DNA of 61,958 bases from positions 8,155-70,112 of the forward strand of contig CAZSNC010000002.1 in assembly GCA_964608405.1 (NCBI GenBank), written 5' to 3'. Source of the stretch: an uncultured Gammaproteobacteria bacterium (lineage in GTDB: Bacteria; Patescibacteriota; Microgenomatia; UBA8517). This document shows positions 31,722-40,746 of the stretch, in pieces; within the stretch, counting starts at the first letter, position 1, and every line of letters begins with the position of its first letter. The position numbers and the translations under genes are program-made. The notes beneath the pieces are model-generated. The model was not told the DNA's origin. It saw nothing but the letters and a program-made list of their open reading frames with translations, and ran no database searches.

Positions 31722-32783
31722 ATGGGAATTAAGGATTTACTCGAATTGACGGTTCAGAGAAAAGCATCGGATTTACATATTATCTCCGGTCTTCCCCCCT
31801 TTATTAGAATTGAGGGGGTGTTGTCCCCCGTAAACAGTGCACCTATTTTGACACAGGATGTTATTGATAAATTCCTGAAAGAAATAATGCCGCCTGAAAA
31901 TTTGGAAAGGTTTTATGTAAATAAAGAGTTGGATTTTTCCCTGGCTTTTTCACAAAGAGCAAGATTTAGAGTAAATGCATATACACAAAAAGGTACTTAT
32001 GCAATTTCATTCAGAATGATTCCGATTGAAATTGCCGATATGGACTCTCTTGGATTGCCGAAGATCCTGCATTCTTTTACAAACCTCAGACAGGGCTTTA
32101 TTTTGGTTACCGGTCCGACCGGTCACGGAAAATCAACTACTCTTGCGGCGCTTCTTAATGAAATTAACTCTACCCGCTCGAGCCATATAATAACGATAGA
32201 AGACCCAATTGAGTTTGTATTCAGACCAAAAAATTCGATTATTTCGCAAAGAGAAATGGGATCTGACTCATTATCTTGGGGAGTAGCATTAAGAAGCGTA
32301 TTGAGGGAAGATCCGGATGTTGTCATGGTTGGGGAAATGCGCGATTACGAGACCATTTCTGCAGCATTAACCATTGCGGAAACCGGACATTTGGTTTTTG
32401 CAACACTGCATACCAATTCGGCGGCACAGACAATAGACAGAATTGTCGACGTCTTTCCCGACGAGCAACAAAAACAGGTAAGGCTGCAGCTTTCCAATGT
32501 TATAGAAGCTGTCTTTTCGATGAGGTTGGTTCCTTCAGTCTCCGGAGAGAGATTGGTAGCGTATGAAGTAATGCTGGGAACATCGGCGGTTAAAAGTTCC
32601 ATCAGGGAAGGAAAAACACACCAAATTGATAATATTTTACAGACTTCTACAGAAGTGGGAATGAATACGTTGGAAATGTCACTTGCAAGTTTGGTTAAGG
32701 CTGGTAAGGTCCAGTATGAAACGGCACAATCTTTTTCACTGCGACCGGAAGAGCTGGCAAGACTAATTAGATCAGCAAAATGA
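31722..32783 (+). CDS. pilT: Type IV pilus retraction ATPase PilT
   Basis: 353 aa. ASDLHI, GPTGHGKSTT, TIEDPIEF, VMVGEMRD, GHLVFATLHT. Confidence 0.92.
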   Translation: MGIKDLLELTVQRKASDLHIISGLPPFIRIEGVLSPVNSAPILTQDVIDKFLKEIMPPENLERFYVNKELDFSLAFSQRARFRVNAYTQKGTYAISFRMIPIEIADMDSLGLPKILHSFTNLRQGFILVTGPTGHGKSTTLAALLNEINSTRSSHIITIEDPIEFVFRPKNSIISQREMGSDSLSWGVALRSVLREDPDVVMVGEMRDYETISAALTIAETGHLVFATLHTNSAAQTIDRIVDVFPDEQQKQVRLQLSNVIEAVFSMRLVPSVSGERLVAYEVMLGTSAVKSSIREGKTHQIDNILQTSTEVGMNTLEMSLASLVKAGKVQYETAQSFSLRPEELARLIRSAK

Positions 32784-32816
32784 ATCATTGATTCAGTGAT
32801 TCATTGAATCAATGGC

Positions 32817-34022
32817 ATGAAAAGATTTAAATACAAAGCAAGAACTCCGGAAGGAAGTGTAATCAAGGGCGAAGTTGAGGCAAGTAGTGATAAAATTGCT
32901 GCAAAACTCCTTAAGAGGAAGGGTTATATCATTATCTTCATCGAACCAAAACGTGAGTTTTTTTTAAACATCACAAAAAAACTTAAGGAGAGAGTTACCG
33001 AAAAGGATATTGTAAACTTTACTAGACAACTTGCAACAATGATTAATGCAGGTCTTCCTATAACGGAGGCGCTTTTAATTTTAAGAAATCAATCGGCAGG
33101 GAGAATGCAGGTAATTCTTTCTGAGGTTCTAAACGATGTTGAAGGGGGTCAAACACTTTCCTCATCACTTTCAAAGTATCCCGAGGTGTTTAATAAAACC
33201 TATGTTTCATTAATTAAATCCGGGGAAATGGGAGGAGTGCTTGATCAGGTATTAACAAAGCTTTCCGAAAGCGTTGAAAAACAACAGGATTTCAAATCCC
33301 GTGTGAAAGGCGCGATGGTATATCCATCTATTATTATTATCGGAATGATGATAGTGATGTTTGTCATGCTTGTATTTGTCGTTCCTAAAATGACATCACT
33401 GTATGACCAATTCGGTGCTGAGCTTCCTGCCGCAACCAAGTTTTTAATTGGGATTTCTTCTGCCGCAAATAAATATTGGTATGTGATTATAGGTACGGTG
33501 GTACTCGGTTATTATCTATTTAAAATTTATATTAAAACAAAGAAAGGCAAAAGGAAGTTTGATGAATTTAAATTCCGGATACCTCTTGTAGGAGATTTGC
33601 AACGGCAAGTTATTTTAACAGACCTTACACGGACAATGTCTTTGATGGTTGGCTCCAGAGTATCGATTCTTGAGAGTCTTTACATCACGTCGGAGGTGGC
33701 GGGAAACATAATTATATCCGAGGCTCTTGTCGATGCGGCAAAGATGGTTGAGAAAGGATTTCCGGTTGCCTTTTCTTTTGCGAAGCATCCGGAAGCGTTT
33801 CCACCAATCCTGTCGCAAATGATATCTGTTGGAGAAGAGACGGGAAAAATGGATGAGGTGCTGGATAAAATTTCCAGAGTATTTGAGAACGAAAGCGATC
33901 AGAAATTAAAAGCCATTACGGCTTCAATTGAACCGATTATTCTTATATTTTTGGGTTTGGGGGTCGCATTTTTGGTTATTGCGGTTATTACCCCGATATA
34001 TAATTTATCTACACAGTTTTAA
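32817..34022 (+). CDS. pilC: Type IV pilus platform protein PilC (GspF family)
   Basis: 401 aa. Two GspF repeats (FTRQLATMINAGLPI; LTRTMSLMVGSRVSI) and 3 TM segments. Confidence 0.92.
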   Translation: MKRFKYKARTPEGSVIKGEVEASSDKIAAKLLKRKGYIIIFIEPKREFFLNITKKLKERVTEKDIVNFTRQLATMINAGLPITEALLILRNQSAGRMQVILSEVLNDVEGGQTLSSSLSKYPEVFNKTYVSLIKSGEMGGVLDQVLTKLSESVEKQQDFKSRVKGAMVYPSIIIIGMMIVMFVMLVFVVPKMTSLYDQFGAELPAATKFLIGISSAANKYWYVIIGTVVLGYYLFKIYIKTKKGKRKFDEFKFRIPLVGDLQRQVILTDLTRTMSLMVGSRVSILESLYITSEVAGNIIISEALVDAAKMVEKGFPVAFSFAKHPEAFPPILSQMISVGEETGKMDEVLDKISRVFENESDQKLKAITASIEPIILIFLGLGVAFLVIAVITPIYNLSTQF

Positions 34023-34036
34023 TTCCCTCCCCCTCT

Positions 34037-34066
34037 TGACAAGGGTTATCAATATGTTCGATACTG
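34037..34066 (+). promoter_or_regulatory. Candidate promoter for the first pilin gene
   Basis: TTGACA (34037-34042), an 18-nt spacer, then GATACT (34061-34066). It would give a ~125-nt leader containing the TTCGGAWT repeats. Confidence 0.35.
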
Positions 34067-34193
34067 AATATGGTTAATTTTTATACGAAATTCGGAATAT
34101 TAAGTTCGGATTTTGAACACTTTCGAATTTCGGATTTAGTATTTCGAATTAACCTATTGAAAGGGGGTGAAACTTAAAAAGTTTATAAAAGAT

Positions 34194-34727
34194 ATGAATA
34201 AAAAAGCATTTAAAGGTTTCACACTTATTGAACTTCTTATCGTAATGGCAATTCTTGGTGTTTTGGCAGTAGTTGTTCTTGTGGCAATTAACCCAGTACA
34301 GCAACTTGCAAGAACCAGAGATGCCGGAAGGAAATCGGGAATAAGCCAGATTGGTAGAGCAATGGAAGCATATTTTACCTCTCACGGAGGATCTTATATT
34401 GCTGAATCAGCCACATGGATTGACACTCTTGTTGCCTCAGGTGAGATATCTACTGCCCCAAGCGAAATAGTTGGGACAGTAGCTGGATATGCCGCTTGTA
34501 CTGAAAATGAACAAAATGGTTGGTGTTACGATACACCAGCAGCAGGTCTGACCGATGCGGTTATCTATACACGATTAGAATCGCAATCGGAATCGTCTAA
34601 GTGTCCAAATGCCACGGATATTCCACTTTTTGTTTGGTCAACATTTGACGGACGCGGAGGGCTTGTCTGTGATGCAGATGGAAATCTTGACGCAGGTGTT
34701 ACCCAAGCCTGGAACGCGACGCAATAA
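34194..34727 (+). CDS. Type IV major pilin paralog 1 (prepilin)
   Basis: MNKKAFKG|FTLIELLIVMAILGVLAVVVLVAINP is a class III signal peptide with G-1, F+1 and E+5. C-terminal Cys pair (SKCPNATD...GGLVCDADG). ATG 34194 is preferred over the GTG 34167 of the ORF track. Confidence 0.9.
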   Translation: MNKKAFKGFTLIELLIVMAILGVLAVVVLVAINPVQQLARTRDAGRKSGISQIGRAMEAYFTSHGGSYIAESATWIDTLVASGEISTAPSEIVGTVAGYAACTENEQNGWCYDTPAAGLTDAVIYTRLESQSESSKCPNATDIPLFVWSTFDGRGGLVCDADGNLDAGVTQAWNATQ

Positions 34728-34761
34728 CTGTGTTAAGTTTCCAGTTCGGTTAATACAGGAG

Positions 34762-34799
34762 AAATACCGTATTGATTGTAAATGCGGTATTTTTCTTTT
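34762..34799 (+). terminator. Rho-independent terminator after pilin 1
   Basis: AAATACCGTATT-GATTGTA-AATGCGGTATTT (12-bp stem) followed by TTCTTTT. Confidence 0.75.
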
Positions 34800-34857
34800 G
34801 ACTAACGAGGTGAGTGTTTTGGATAAAAGTTTTAAGCTTCTGGGTTTTTTTACCTTG

Positions 34858-34887
34858 TTGAATTTTTTTAAATATACATGTCATAAT
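34858..34887 (+). promoter_or_regulatory. Candidate promoter for pilin 2 (extended -10)
   Basis: TTGAAT, an 18-nt spacer ending in TGT, then CATAAT. Followed by SD GGGGGTGA and ATG 34937. Confidence 0.45.
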
Positions 34888-34936
34888 GAAACAGAGGATA
34901 TTTGTTATTATTAAGTCAACAAGAGGGGGTGAAAGA

Positions 34937-35521
34937 ATGAAGAGAAATATAATTAAAGGTTTCACACTTATTGAACTTCTTATCGTAATGGCAATCCTTG
35001 GTGTTTTGGCAGTAGTTGTTCTTGTGGCTATAAATCCGGTACAACAACTTGCAAGAACCAGAGATGCTGGAAGGAAGTCGGCAGTTGCACAAGCAGGAAG
35101 GGCACTGGAAGCTTATTACACTAGCCACGGAGGAAGGTATTTAGTTGTATCAAACTGTGGAGCTGGAACACCACCTGCACTAAGGAGCGACTGGATGAAT
35201 TGTCTAAAAGAAAGCGGAGAGTTATCAGCGCCTGCAGCAGAGATTGCATACAACTCGACTTTGGGAACAGCATGCATATCTCAGACAATTTCAAGCATCG
35301 TTCATGTAGCTCAAAACGGAGTGTGTTATGCCACTCAAGTGTCTGGAAATCCCGCAATTGTTTATGCGAGATTGGAATCTGCATCTGAGGCGAGTAAGTG
35401 TCCTGCAGGAAGCCCTATCCCATATTTTGTTTGGTCAACGCTGCAAGGTAGGGGTGGATTATTTTGTACTTCTGCTGCGACAGTAGTTCCCGCACCGGGT
35501 ACAATTAACTTTGTAGATTAA
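34937..35521 (+). CDS. Type IV major pilin paralog 2 (prepilin)
   Basis: MKRNIIKG|FTLIELLIVMAILGVLAVVVLVAINPVQQLARTRDAGRKS. The N-terminal ~50 residues are identical to paralog 1. Conserved C-terminal SKCP...GRGGLFC. Confidence 0.9.
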   Translation: MKRNIIKGFTLIELLIVMAILGVLAVVVLVAINPVQQLARTRDAGRKSAVAQAGRALEAYYTSHGGRYLVVSNCGAGTPPALRSDWMNCLKESGELSAPAAEIAYNSTLGTACISQTISSIVHVAQNGVCYATQVSGNPAIVYARLESASEASKCPAGSPIPYFVWSTLQGRGGLFCTSAATVVPAPGTINFVD

Positions 35522-35525
35522 AGAC

Positions 35526-36059
35526 ATGAAAGATATTAGAGGGGTTGGTTTTACTCTTATTGAGTTATTGATTGTAATTGCGATATTGGGTATTTTGGCT
35601 GTTGTCATGTTGGTGGTTATGAATCCCGGTGAAAGACAAGCACAGGCTCGTGACACAGGAAGGATTTCATCAGTAACACAACTTGGTAGAGCACTCCAAT
35701 CTTACTATACATTAAAATCAACATACCCAAGCGCGGGTACTTGGGCAATCGACTTGGTTAATTCAGGCGAACTTTCAAGTTTCCCGTCAGGAATTAGTTA
35801 TTCCTATAACATGGTTGTGCCTTGTACGTCTGTTGCACAACCTGCAACTGACTCGACATTTTGTTACACGGAAGACCAACTAAATGGAAATGGTGCATTA
35901 GTGTTTGCCAAAGCTGAGTCAACAACCCACAGAAGCAAATGCACAGCCCCGCAAGAGGCATATTTTGTTTTTTCTTCAACCGATTCGCGGGGCGGAACGA
36001 TTTGTAGTAGCGGCGATCCTGTACCCTGGCCTGCTGGAAGTGTAAACTATCAGAATTAA
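35526..36059 (+). CDS. Type IV pilin paralog 3 (prepilin)
   Basis: MKDIRGVG|FTLIELLIVIAILGILAVVMLVVMNP, with a C-terminal SKCTAP...RGGTICSSG disulfide motif. Confidence 0.88.
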   Translation: MKDIRGVGFTLIELLIVIAILGILAVVMLVVMNPGERQAQARDTGRISSVTQLGRALQSYYTLKSTYPSAGTWAIDLVNSGELSSFPSGISYSYNMVVPCTSVAQPATDSTFCYTEDQLNGNGALVFAKAESTTHRSKCTAPQEAYFVFSSTDSRGGTICSSGDPVPWPAGSVNYQN

Positions 36060-36112
36060 CCGGTCTTTGAATATTCTTCCACCTGTACTTTGGAATACTG
36101 TATACTTAAATA

Positions 36113-36916
36113 ATGCCTGATTTATTTCTTCTTATTGTACTTGTTGTTCTTGGTTTAGTGTTTGGTTCTTTTATCTCCGCACTTTCATACAGGGCAATTG
36201 TAGGAATGAGTATTTTTAAAGGTAGATCCATCTGTCCTCAATGCAAGAAAAGTATTAACTGGAGAGATAATATCCCTATGTTTTCATTTTTCTTCCTCAA
36301 AGGTAAGTCACGCTGTTGTAAAAAGTTGATTTCCATACGCTATCCTCTAATTGAATTTTTTACCGCTCTTGTATTTTTTTTAACAGGATTGGTATTTCTG
36401 AGTTGTGGTGTCTACAAAGGACCCTTGTGTATCTGGGGAGAACTTATTAAATATTATTCACTCCCCTGCCTGCTTTTTGTAAGTGTATTTCTAATTGTGA
36501 TTTTTGTTACTGATTTTGAGTATAAGCTAATTTTAGATAGGTTCGTATTTATACCTTTTATCTTTATTCTCCTTTTAATAATATATTTCAATCCTGATTA
36601 CTCTTATACCAACTTATTTTTGTCTTTTTTTTCTGCATCATTTTTCCTCCTAATTCACTTGCTTACAAAAGGAAAAGGTATGGGGCTTGGTGATGTAAAA
36701 CTGGCACTTATTCCACCTCTAATATTAGGTTGGCCGTATACTTTAGTGTGGCTTTTCTTGTCTTTTGTAATTGGTGCCTTTGTGGGGGTTGTACTAATAT
36801 TTTCAAAAAAAGCGAAATTTGGACAACAAATTCCCTTTGGTCCGTTTTTGATTCTTTCGTATTTTCTTGTCCTTTTTTGGGGAGAAAAACTATTACTTTT
36901 TTTTAGACTTGGTTAG
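36113..36916 (+). CDS. pilD: Prepilin peptidase / N-methyltransferase PilD (A24 family)
   Basis: 267 aa, polytopic. N-terminal Cys motif CPQCKKSINWRDNIP...CCKKLISIRYPLIE and active-site GMGLGDVKL. Confidence 0.9.
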   Translation: MPDLFLLIVLVVLGLVFGSFISALSYRAIVGMSIFKGRSICPQCKKSINWRDNIPMFSFFFLKGKSRCCKKLISIRYPLIEFFTALVFFLTGLVFLSCGVYKGPLCIWGELIKYYSLPCLLFVSVFLIVIFVTDFEYKLILDRFVFIPFIFILLLIIYFNPDYSYTNLFLSFFSASFFLLIHLLTKGKGMGLGDVKLALIPPLILGWPYTLVWLFLSFVIGAFVGVVLIFSKKAKFGQQIPFGPFLILSYFLVLFWGEKLLLFFRLG

Positions 36917-36921
36917 CATCT

Positions 36922-37524
36922 ATGAAAGCATTTACTAAGAATGAAATTAAAATTACTTCTTTAATACTTATTTTTATTTGTATATTAACCCTCCTCAATT
37001 TGCAGGTTTCTCTACAACGCGCACGCGATTCACAGCGAAGATCCGATATTGGGACAATTGCCGATGCGCTGGACAAATATCAGAAAGAATTTGGTTTTTT
37101 CCCTCCATCGACACCCGATGGCAAAATTCTTGCATGTAAGGGTAATAATTTTGAACTAATCCCAGCAGAAATTAAAGAGAGTGAAAGAAGAAATTATTTT
37201 TTTAGCCTGCTTAAAGGTTGTGAATGGGGAAAAGATTCTTTGGAGGATGTAAACGATGATTCATACGAGCCGTATTTAAAAGTGATTCCTGGGGATTCCA
37301 AACAGAGCAGGGGTTATTCGTATTTATATATATCGAACACTAATCGTTATCAGCTGTACGCATATTTGGAGGGAGAGAATGCCGAGGTTGGTTATCGAAT
37401 TGGGATCGTTGAAAGAGATTTGAAATGCGGAAATAATACGTGCAATTTTGGTAAGGCTTATGGAGATACTCCACTTGAGAAATCAATTGAAGAGTACGAG
37501 AATGAAATAAACAGGAATAAATAA
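36922..37524 (+). CDS. Pilin-like protein with a degenerate class III signal (A-1/F+1/E+5)
   Basis: MKAFTKNEIKITSLILIFICILTLLNLQVSLQRARDSQRRSDI. It has a hydrophobic helix followed by the QxARDxxRxSD segment shared with the neighbouring pilins. Confidence 0.55.
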   Translation: MKAFTKNEIKITSLILIFICILTLLNLQVSLQRARDSQRRSDIGTIADALDKYQKEFGFFPPSTPDGKILACKGNNFELIPAEIKESERRNYFFSLLKGCEWGKDSLEDVNDDSYEPYLKVIPGDSKQSRGYSYLYISNTNRYQLYAYLEGENAEVGYRIGIVERDLKCGNNTCNFGKAYGDTPLEKSIEEYENEINRNK

Positions 37525-38201
37525 TGAAAGAAAATAATAGCAGCGGTTTTACATTACTTGAGCTGATTTTAGTAATGGGTGTTTTGGGAGTTCTTGTTAC
37601 GATGACTGTTGTGAAATTTCCTTCATCAGCCCAAAGAACCCGTGATGTTCAAAGACAAAGCGATCTTAAGTCTTATCAAAACGCACTCGAGCTATACGCT
37701 ATGAAACATAATGGTTTATATCCGACCTCCGGATATGTGCCGGTTATAAACTTATGTTCAACACTTGGAATGGTTGGAGAATCATGTAAATCTGATCCAA
37801 AAGGTGGAGTTTATTATTACCAAACGGACAATTCCGGAAAGGCTTACACACTATGGAGTTCGATGGAAAAAGCAGAGGGAAACTACATTGTCTGTTCGGG
37901 GGGGCAAAGTGGTGTGGCAACGATTACCCCATCATCCGGAAATTGTCCGATTGGATCTATGTTAAGTCCTACTCCGGGTCCTAGCAGTACTCCTGGTCCT
38001 AGCAATACTCCAACGCCAACTAATACACCAATACCAACAAGTACATTAACACCGACACCCACACTCACACCTACACCAACCGCTTCGGGGGGGTGTACAA
38101 CACCTTGTGGAGAACCTTCTTGCTGTGACTTGCATTACTGTCCACCCGGATATATACCTGCTTGTTTAGCTGGTTCATGCACATGTTTTTCTGAACCTTG
38201 A
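37524..38201 (+). CDS. Pilin-like protein with a Pro/Thr-rich linker and a C-terminal 8-Cys module
   Basis: MKENNSSG|FTLLELILVMGVLGVLV, then SPTPGPSSTPGPSNTPTPTNTPIPTSTLTPTPTLTPTPTASGG, then CTTPCGEPSCCDLHYCPPGYIPACLAGSCTCFSEP. Confidence 0.85.
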   Translation: MKENNSSGFTLLELILVMGVLGVLVTMTVVKFPSSAQRTRDVQRQSDLKSYQNALELYAMKHNGLYPTSGYVPVINLCSTLGMVGESCKSDPKGGVYYYQTDNSGKAYTLWSSMEKAEGNYIVCSGGQSGVATITPSSGNCPIGSMLSPTPGPSSTPGPSNTPTPTNTPIPTSTLTPTPTLTPTPTASGGCTTPCGEPSCCDLHYCPPGYIPACLAGSCTCFSEP

Positions 38202-38214
38202 TAATACAGAATTT

Positions 38215-38721
38215 ATGAATAAAAAAAATGGTTTTACATTATTGGAATTAATTATCGCGATGGCAATTATTTCAATGTTGGCAGGCTTTGGTATTTCAAA
38301 ATACCCCGGACTTCAAAAGACTTCGCGTGATACACAAAGAAAATCGGATTTAAAACAATATCAAACAGCTTTGGAAAGTTACGCAAACCGAAAGGGTGGT
38401 TTTTATCCTTGTAGAATATCATCCATTCTTGCATCAGATAAATCGGGTTCTGCACCCTACCTTTGTACCGATTTAGGTATGTCGCAGTGTCCTGCTGATC
38501 CAAAATATGGTCAGTCAATCTGTGCCGGGAATGATGTATGTAATTACTACTACATAAGTAACGGAACAGGTGCTGGTACGGCAACTGCCTCAGTATTTGT
38601 TCTCTACTCACGTTTGGAAAGACAAGTTAACGGAAGCAATGTATATTTCATTGTTTGTAGTGGGGGTAAAACTGGTACGACAGCAGCGACATGGACACCA
38701 AGCTCTATATGTCCTTTGTAA
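38215..38721 (+). CDS. Pilin-like protein
   Basis: MNKKNG|FTLLELIIAMAIISMLAGF, followed by QKTSRDTQRKSDLKQYQTALESY. Confidence 0.85.
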   Translation: MNKKNGFTLLELIIAMAIISMLAGFGISKYPGLQKTSRDTQRKSDLKQYQTALESYANRKGGFYPCRISSILASDKSGSAPYLCTDLGMSQCPADPKYGQSICAGNDVCNYYYISNGTGAGTATASVFVLYSRLERQVNGSNVYFIVCSGGKTGTTAATWTPSSICPL

Positions 38722-38750
38722 AGACGGGTTCGTTACAGTAATATTAGATC

Positions 38751-39194
38751 ATGTTAAGAAATAAACACTTTAAGGGTTTTTCACTTATCGAACTTTTGGT
38801 TGTTATTTCCATTATGGCGGTTTTAATTAGCCTTAGTGCCTTTGGACTTCAACAAGCCAGAGAGTCAGCAAGAGACGGACAAAGAAGAGCGGATTTGGAA
38901 ACAATTAGAACCGGACTTTCTTTCTATAAGGCTGATTGTAATGTGTATCCAACACCGAACATTTCAACATCAACTCGCATATCAACAAGTCTTACAAGTT
39001 CTTGTGGAGGGTCCAATACATATATTGAGAAAATACCTGTCGATCCTGTTTCTACAAATAACTATTACTACATCCAAAGTGGTTCGACGTATACCATTTG
39101 TGCCTCACTTGAAACAGAGGGTACAAAGGTGCCAACTCAATGTAGTAGTGCCAGCTGTGGAGGAACATGTAATTATTACGTTCTTAATCCTTAA
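38751..39194 (+). CDS. Pilin-like protein
   Basis: MLRNKHFKG|FSLIELLVVISIMAVLISL, followed by QQARESARDGQRRADL. Confidence 0.85.
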   Translation: MLRNKHFKGFSLIELLVVISIMAVLISLSAFGLQQARESARDGQRRADLETIRTGLSFYKADCNVYPTPNISTSTRISTSLTSSCGGSNTYIEKIPVDPVSTNNYYYIQSGSTYTICASLETEGTKVPTQCSSASCGGTCNYYVLNP

Positions 39195-39198
39195 ATGA

Positions 39199-39681
39199 AT
39201 GATAAGAAAACTGCCCAAAACAAACTCTTCCGGTTACACAATTATTGAGATTATTGTATCCCTCTTTATCATTATAATCTTATTTTCCGTGGTGACCGTA
39301 AATTACAGGCAGTATATTTTAAAAAAGAATCTCGATGCTGTTGCCAATCAGATGGTATCGGATATCAAGCTTGCACAAAGCTATGCACTGGCGGGGAAAG
39401 TACCTCCAGGTTGTACTAACTTGAAAGGTTATATTTTTCGTACATCTGTGGGAAATAATTCTTACTCAATAACTGCAGATTGCGATAGCGAAATCTCCGT
39501 TAAGACTGTAAAAATATCAAGTATTGTAACGGGGATTAGTTTATCTACGGGAAACAATGTTCGTTTTAATTCATTAGGTAACGGCACCAGTAACAGCGCT
39601 GATGTAACCTTTACGCTACAACAGCAAACAACATCGAATTCGAGAAGTATTACGATAATGCCCGGTGGGGCTATTAAATAA
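39199..39681 (+). CDS. Minor pilin (FimT/GspH-like)
   Basis: MIRKLPKTNSSG|YTIIEIIVSLFIIIILFSVV. 160 aa. Confidence 0.75.
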   Translation: MIRKLPKTNSSGYTIIEIIVSLFIIIILFSVVTVNYRQYILKKNLDAVANQMVSDIKLAQSYALAGKVPPGCTNLKGYIFRTSVGNNSYSITADCDSEISVKTVKISSIVTGISLSTGNNVRFNSLGNGTSNSADVTFTLQQQTTSNSRSITIMPGGAIK

Positions 39682-39692
39682 ATTATTTTAAT

Positions 39693-40154
39693 ATGCAGAA
39701 GTATAGTATTATTAATCCGAAAACATTTAAGGGCCAATCACTTTTTGAAGTTATTTTGGCTCTTGCTGTATCTGCAATGATTTTAGTTGGGATTGTATCT
39801 TTAACCTCAAGGAGTGTCTCCACATCTACTTATTCAAAAAATAAAGCGTTAGCAAACGGATATGCAACCGAAGCTATGGAATATTTAAGAATACAAAAAC
39901 AGCAGATGGGATGGACACCTTTTATAACACTTCTTGGAACTGGTGATTGGTGTCTTCCAAGTTTATCCTTAATTGGCACTAAACATGTATGTAGTACATC
40001 TACTACTGATTATATTTCAGGGACAATATTTCAGAGAACTTTAACGATAAGCAATATAACTGCAAAAACAATTGACCTGACGATTAAAGTAGTTTGGACT
40101 GACGAAAAAGGAACTCATGAAACAAAAACTGTAAGTTCGGTAAGTGATTGGTAA
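39693..40154 (+). CDS. Minor pilin (PilV-like)
   Basis: ...KTFKG|QSLFEVILALAVSAMILVGIV. 153 aa. Confidence 0.7.
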   Translation: MQKYSIINPKTFKGQSLFEVILALAVSAMILVGIVSLTSRSVSTSTYSKNKALANGYATEAMEYLRIQKQQMGWTPFITLLGTGDWCLPSLSLIGTKHVCSTSTTDYISGTIFQRTLTISNITAKTIDLTIKVVWTDEKGTHETKTVSSVSDW

Positions 40155-40160
40155 GAAAAC

Positions 40161-40703
40161 ATGAAGAAAGGATATTCGATTATCGAAATACTTGTTGTTG
40201 TTGGTGTGTTTGCAGTTCTCGCTGTTTTGGCTACACAGTCAATAAATCTAAGTTTGAAATCTGCCAAAAAAAGCGACTCGATAGTTTTGGTTAAACAGGA
40301 ATTGGAAAATGTTGCAGGAACTATTGAAAGACAACTTCAATCGGCAAGTAGCCTAATTGTTGGTGTTGATTGTGTAATAGACACCGCAACACCGTCAGTC
40401 GGATTGAGAAACTCTGCAGGTGTTCGAAGCGATTATGCATGTTTTGATTCTCCACCCTCTAACTTTTATGGCACTAAAGATCCCCGGATAGTATATTCGA
40501 CAGGTGAAACCATTAATTATACGAATCGCTTAACATCAAGTGGTATCAATATAACCTTTTGCCAATTCTCGTGCTATAAACAAGGTACTGACATGTATAT
40601 TGACTTTAATGTAACCGCAAATGTAAAGGGTGTTGCTGGAGCCGAAGGTGCAGCTGTTACTACATCCAGAAAAGTGATGATCCGTGGTGGAATAAAGAGG
40701 TAA
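40161..40703 (+). CDS. Minor pilin (PilW-like)
   Basis: MKKG|YSIIEILVVVGVFAVLAVL. 180 aa. Confidence 0.75.
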   Translation: MKKGYSIIEILVVVGVFAVLAVLATQSINLSLKSAKKSDSIVLVKQELENVAGTIERQLQSASSLIVGVDCVIDTATPSVGLRNSAGVRSDYACFDSPPSNFYGTKDPRIVYSTGETINYTNRLTSSGINITFCQFSCYKQGTDMYIDFNVTANVKGVAGAEGAAVTTSRKVMIRGGIKR

Positions 40704-40746
40704 TCCGTAATTGACCGCATGTATAATTAGTTGCTACACTTAAAAT

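Noticed and set aside
34609-34914. 101-aa ORF bridging pilin 1 and pilin 2, and the GTG 34167 / ATG 34886 extended pilin starts
   Set aside because: The ORF runs through the pilin-1 terminator and the pilin-2 promoter. Prepilin leaders are short and basic, so ATG 34194 (MNKKAFKG|F) and ATG 34937 (MKRNIIKG|F, preceded by GGGGGTGA) are the credible starts.
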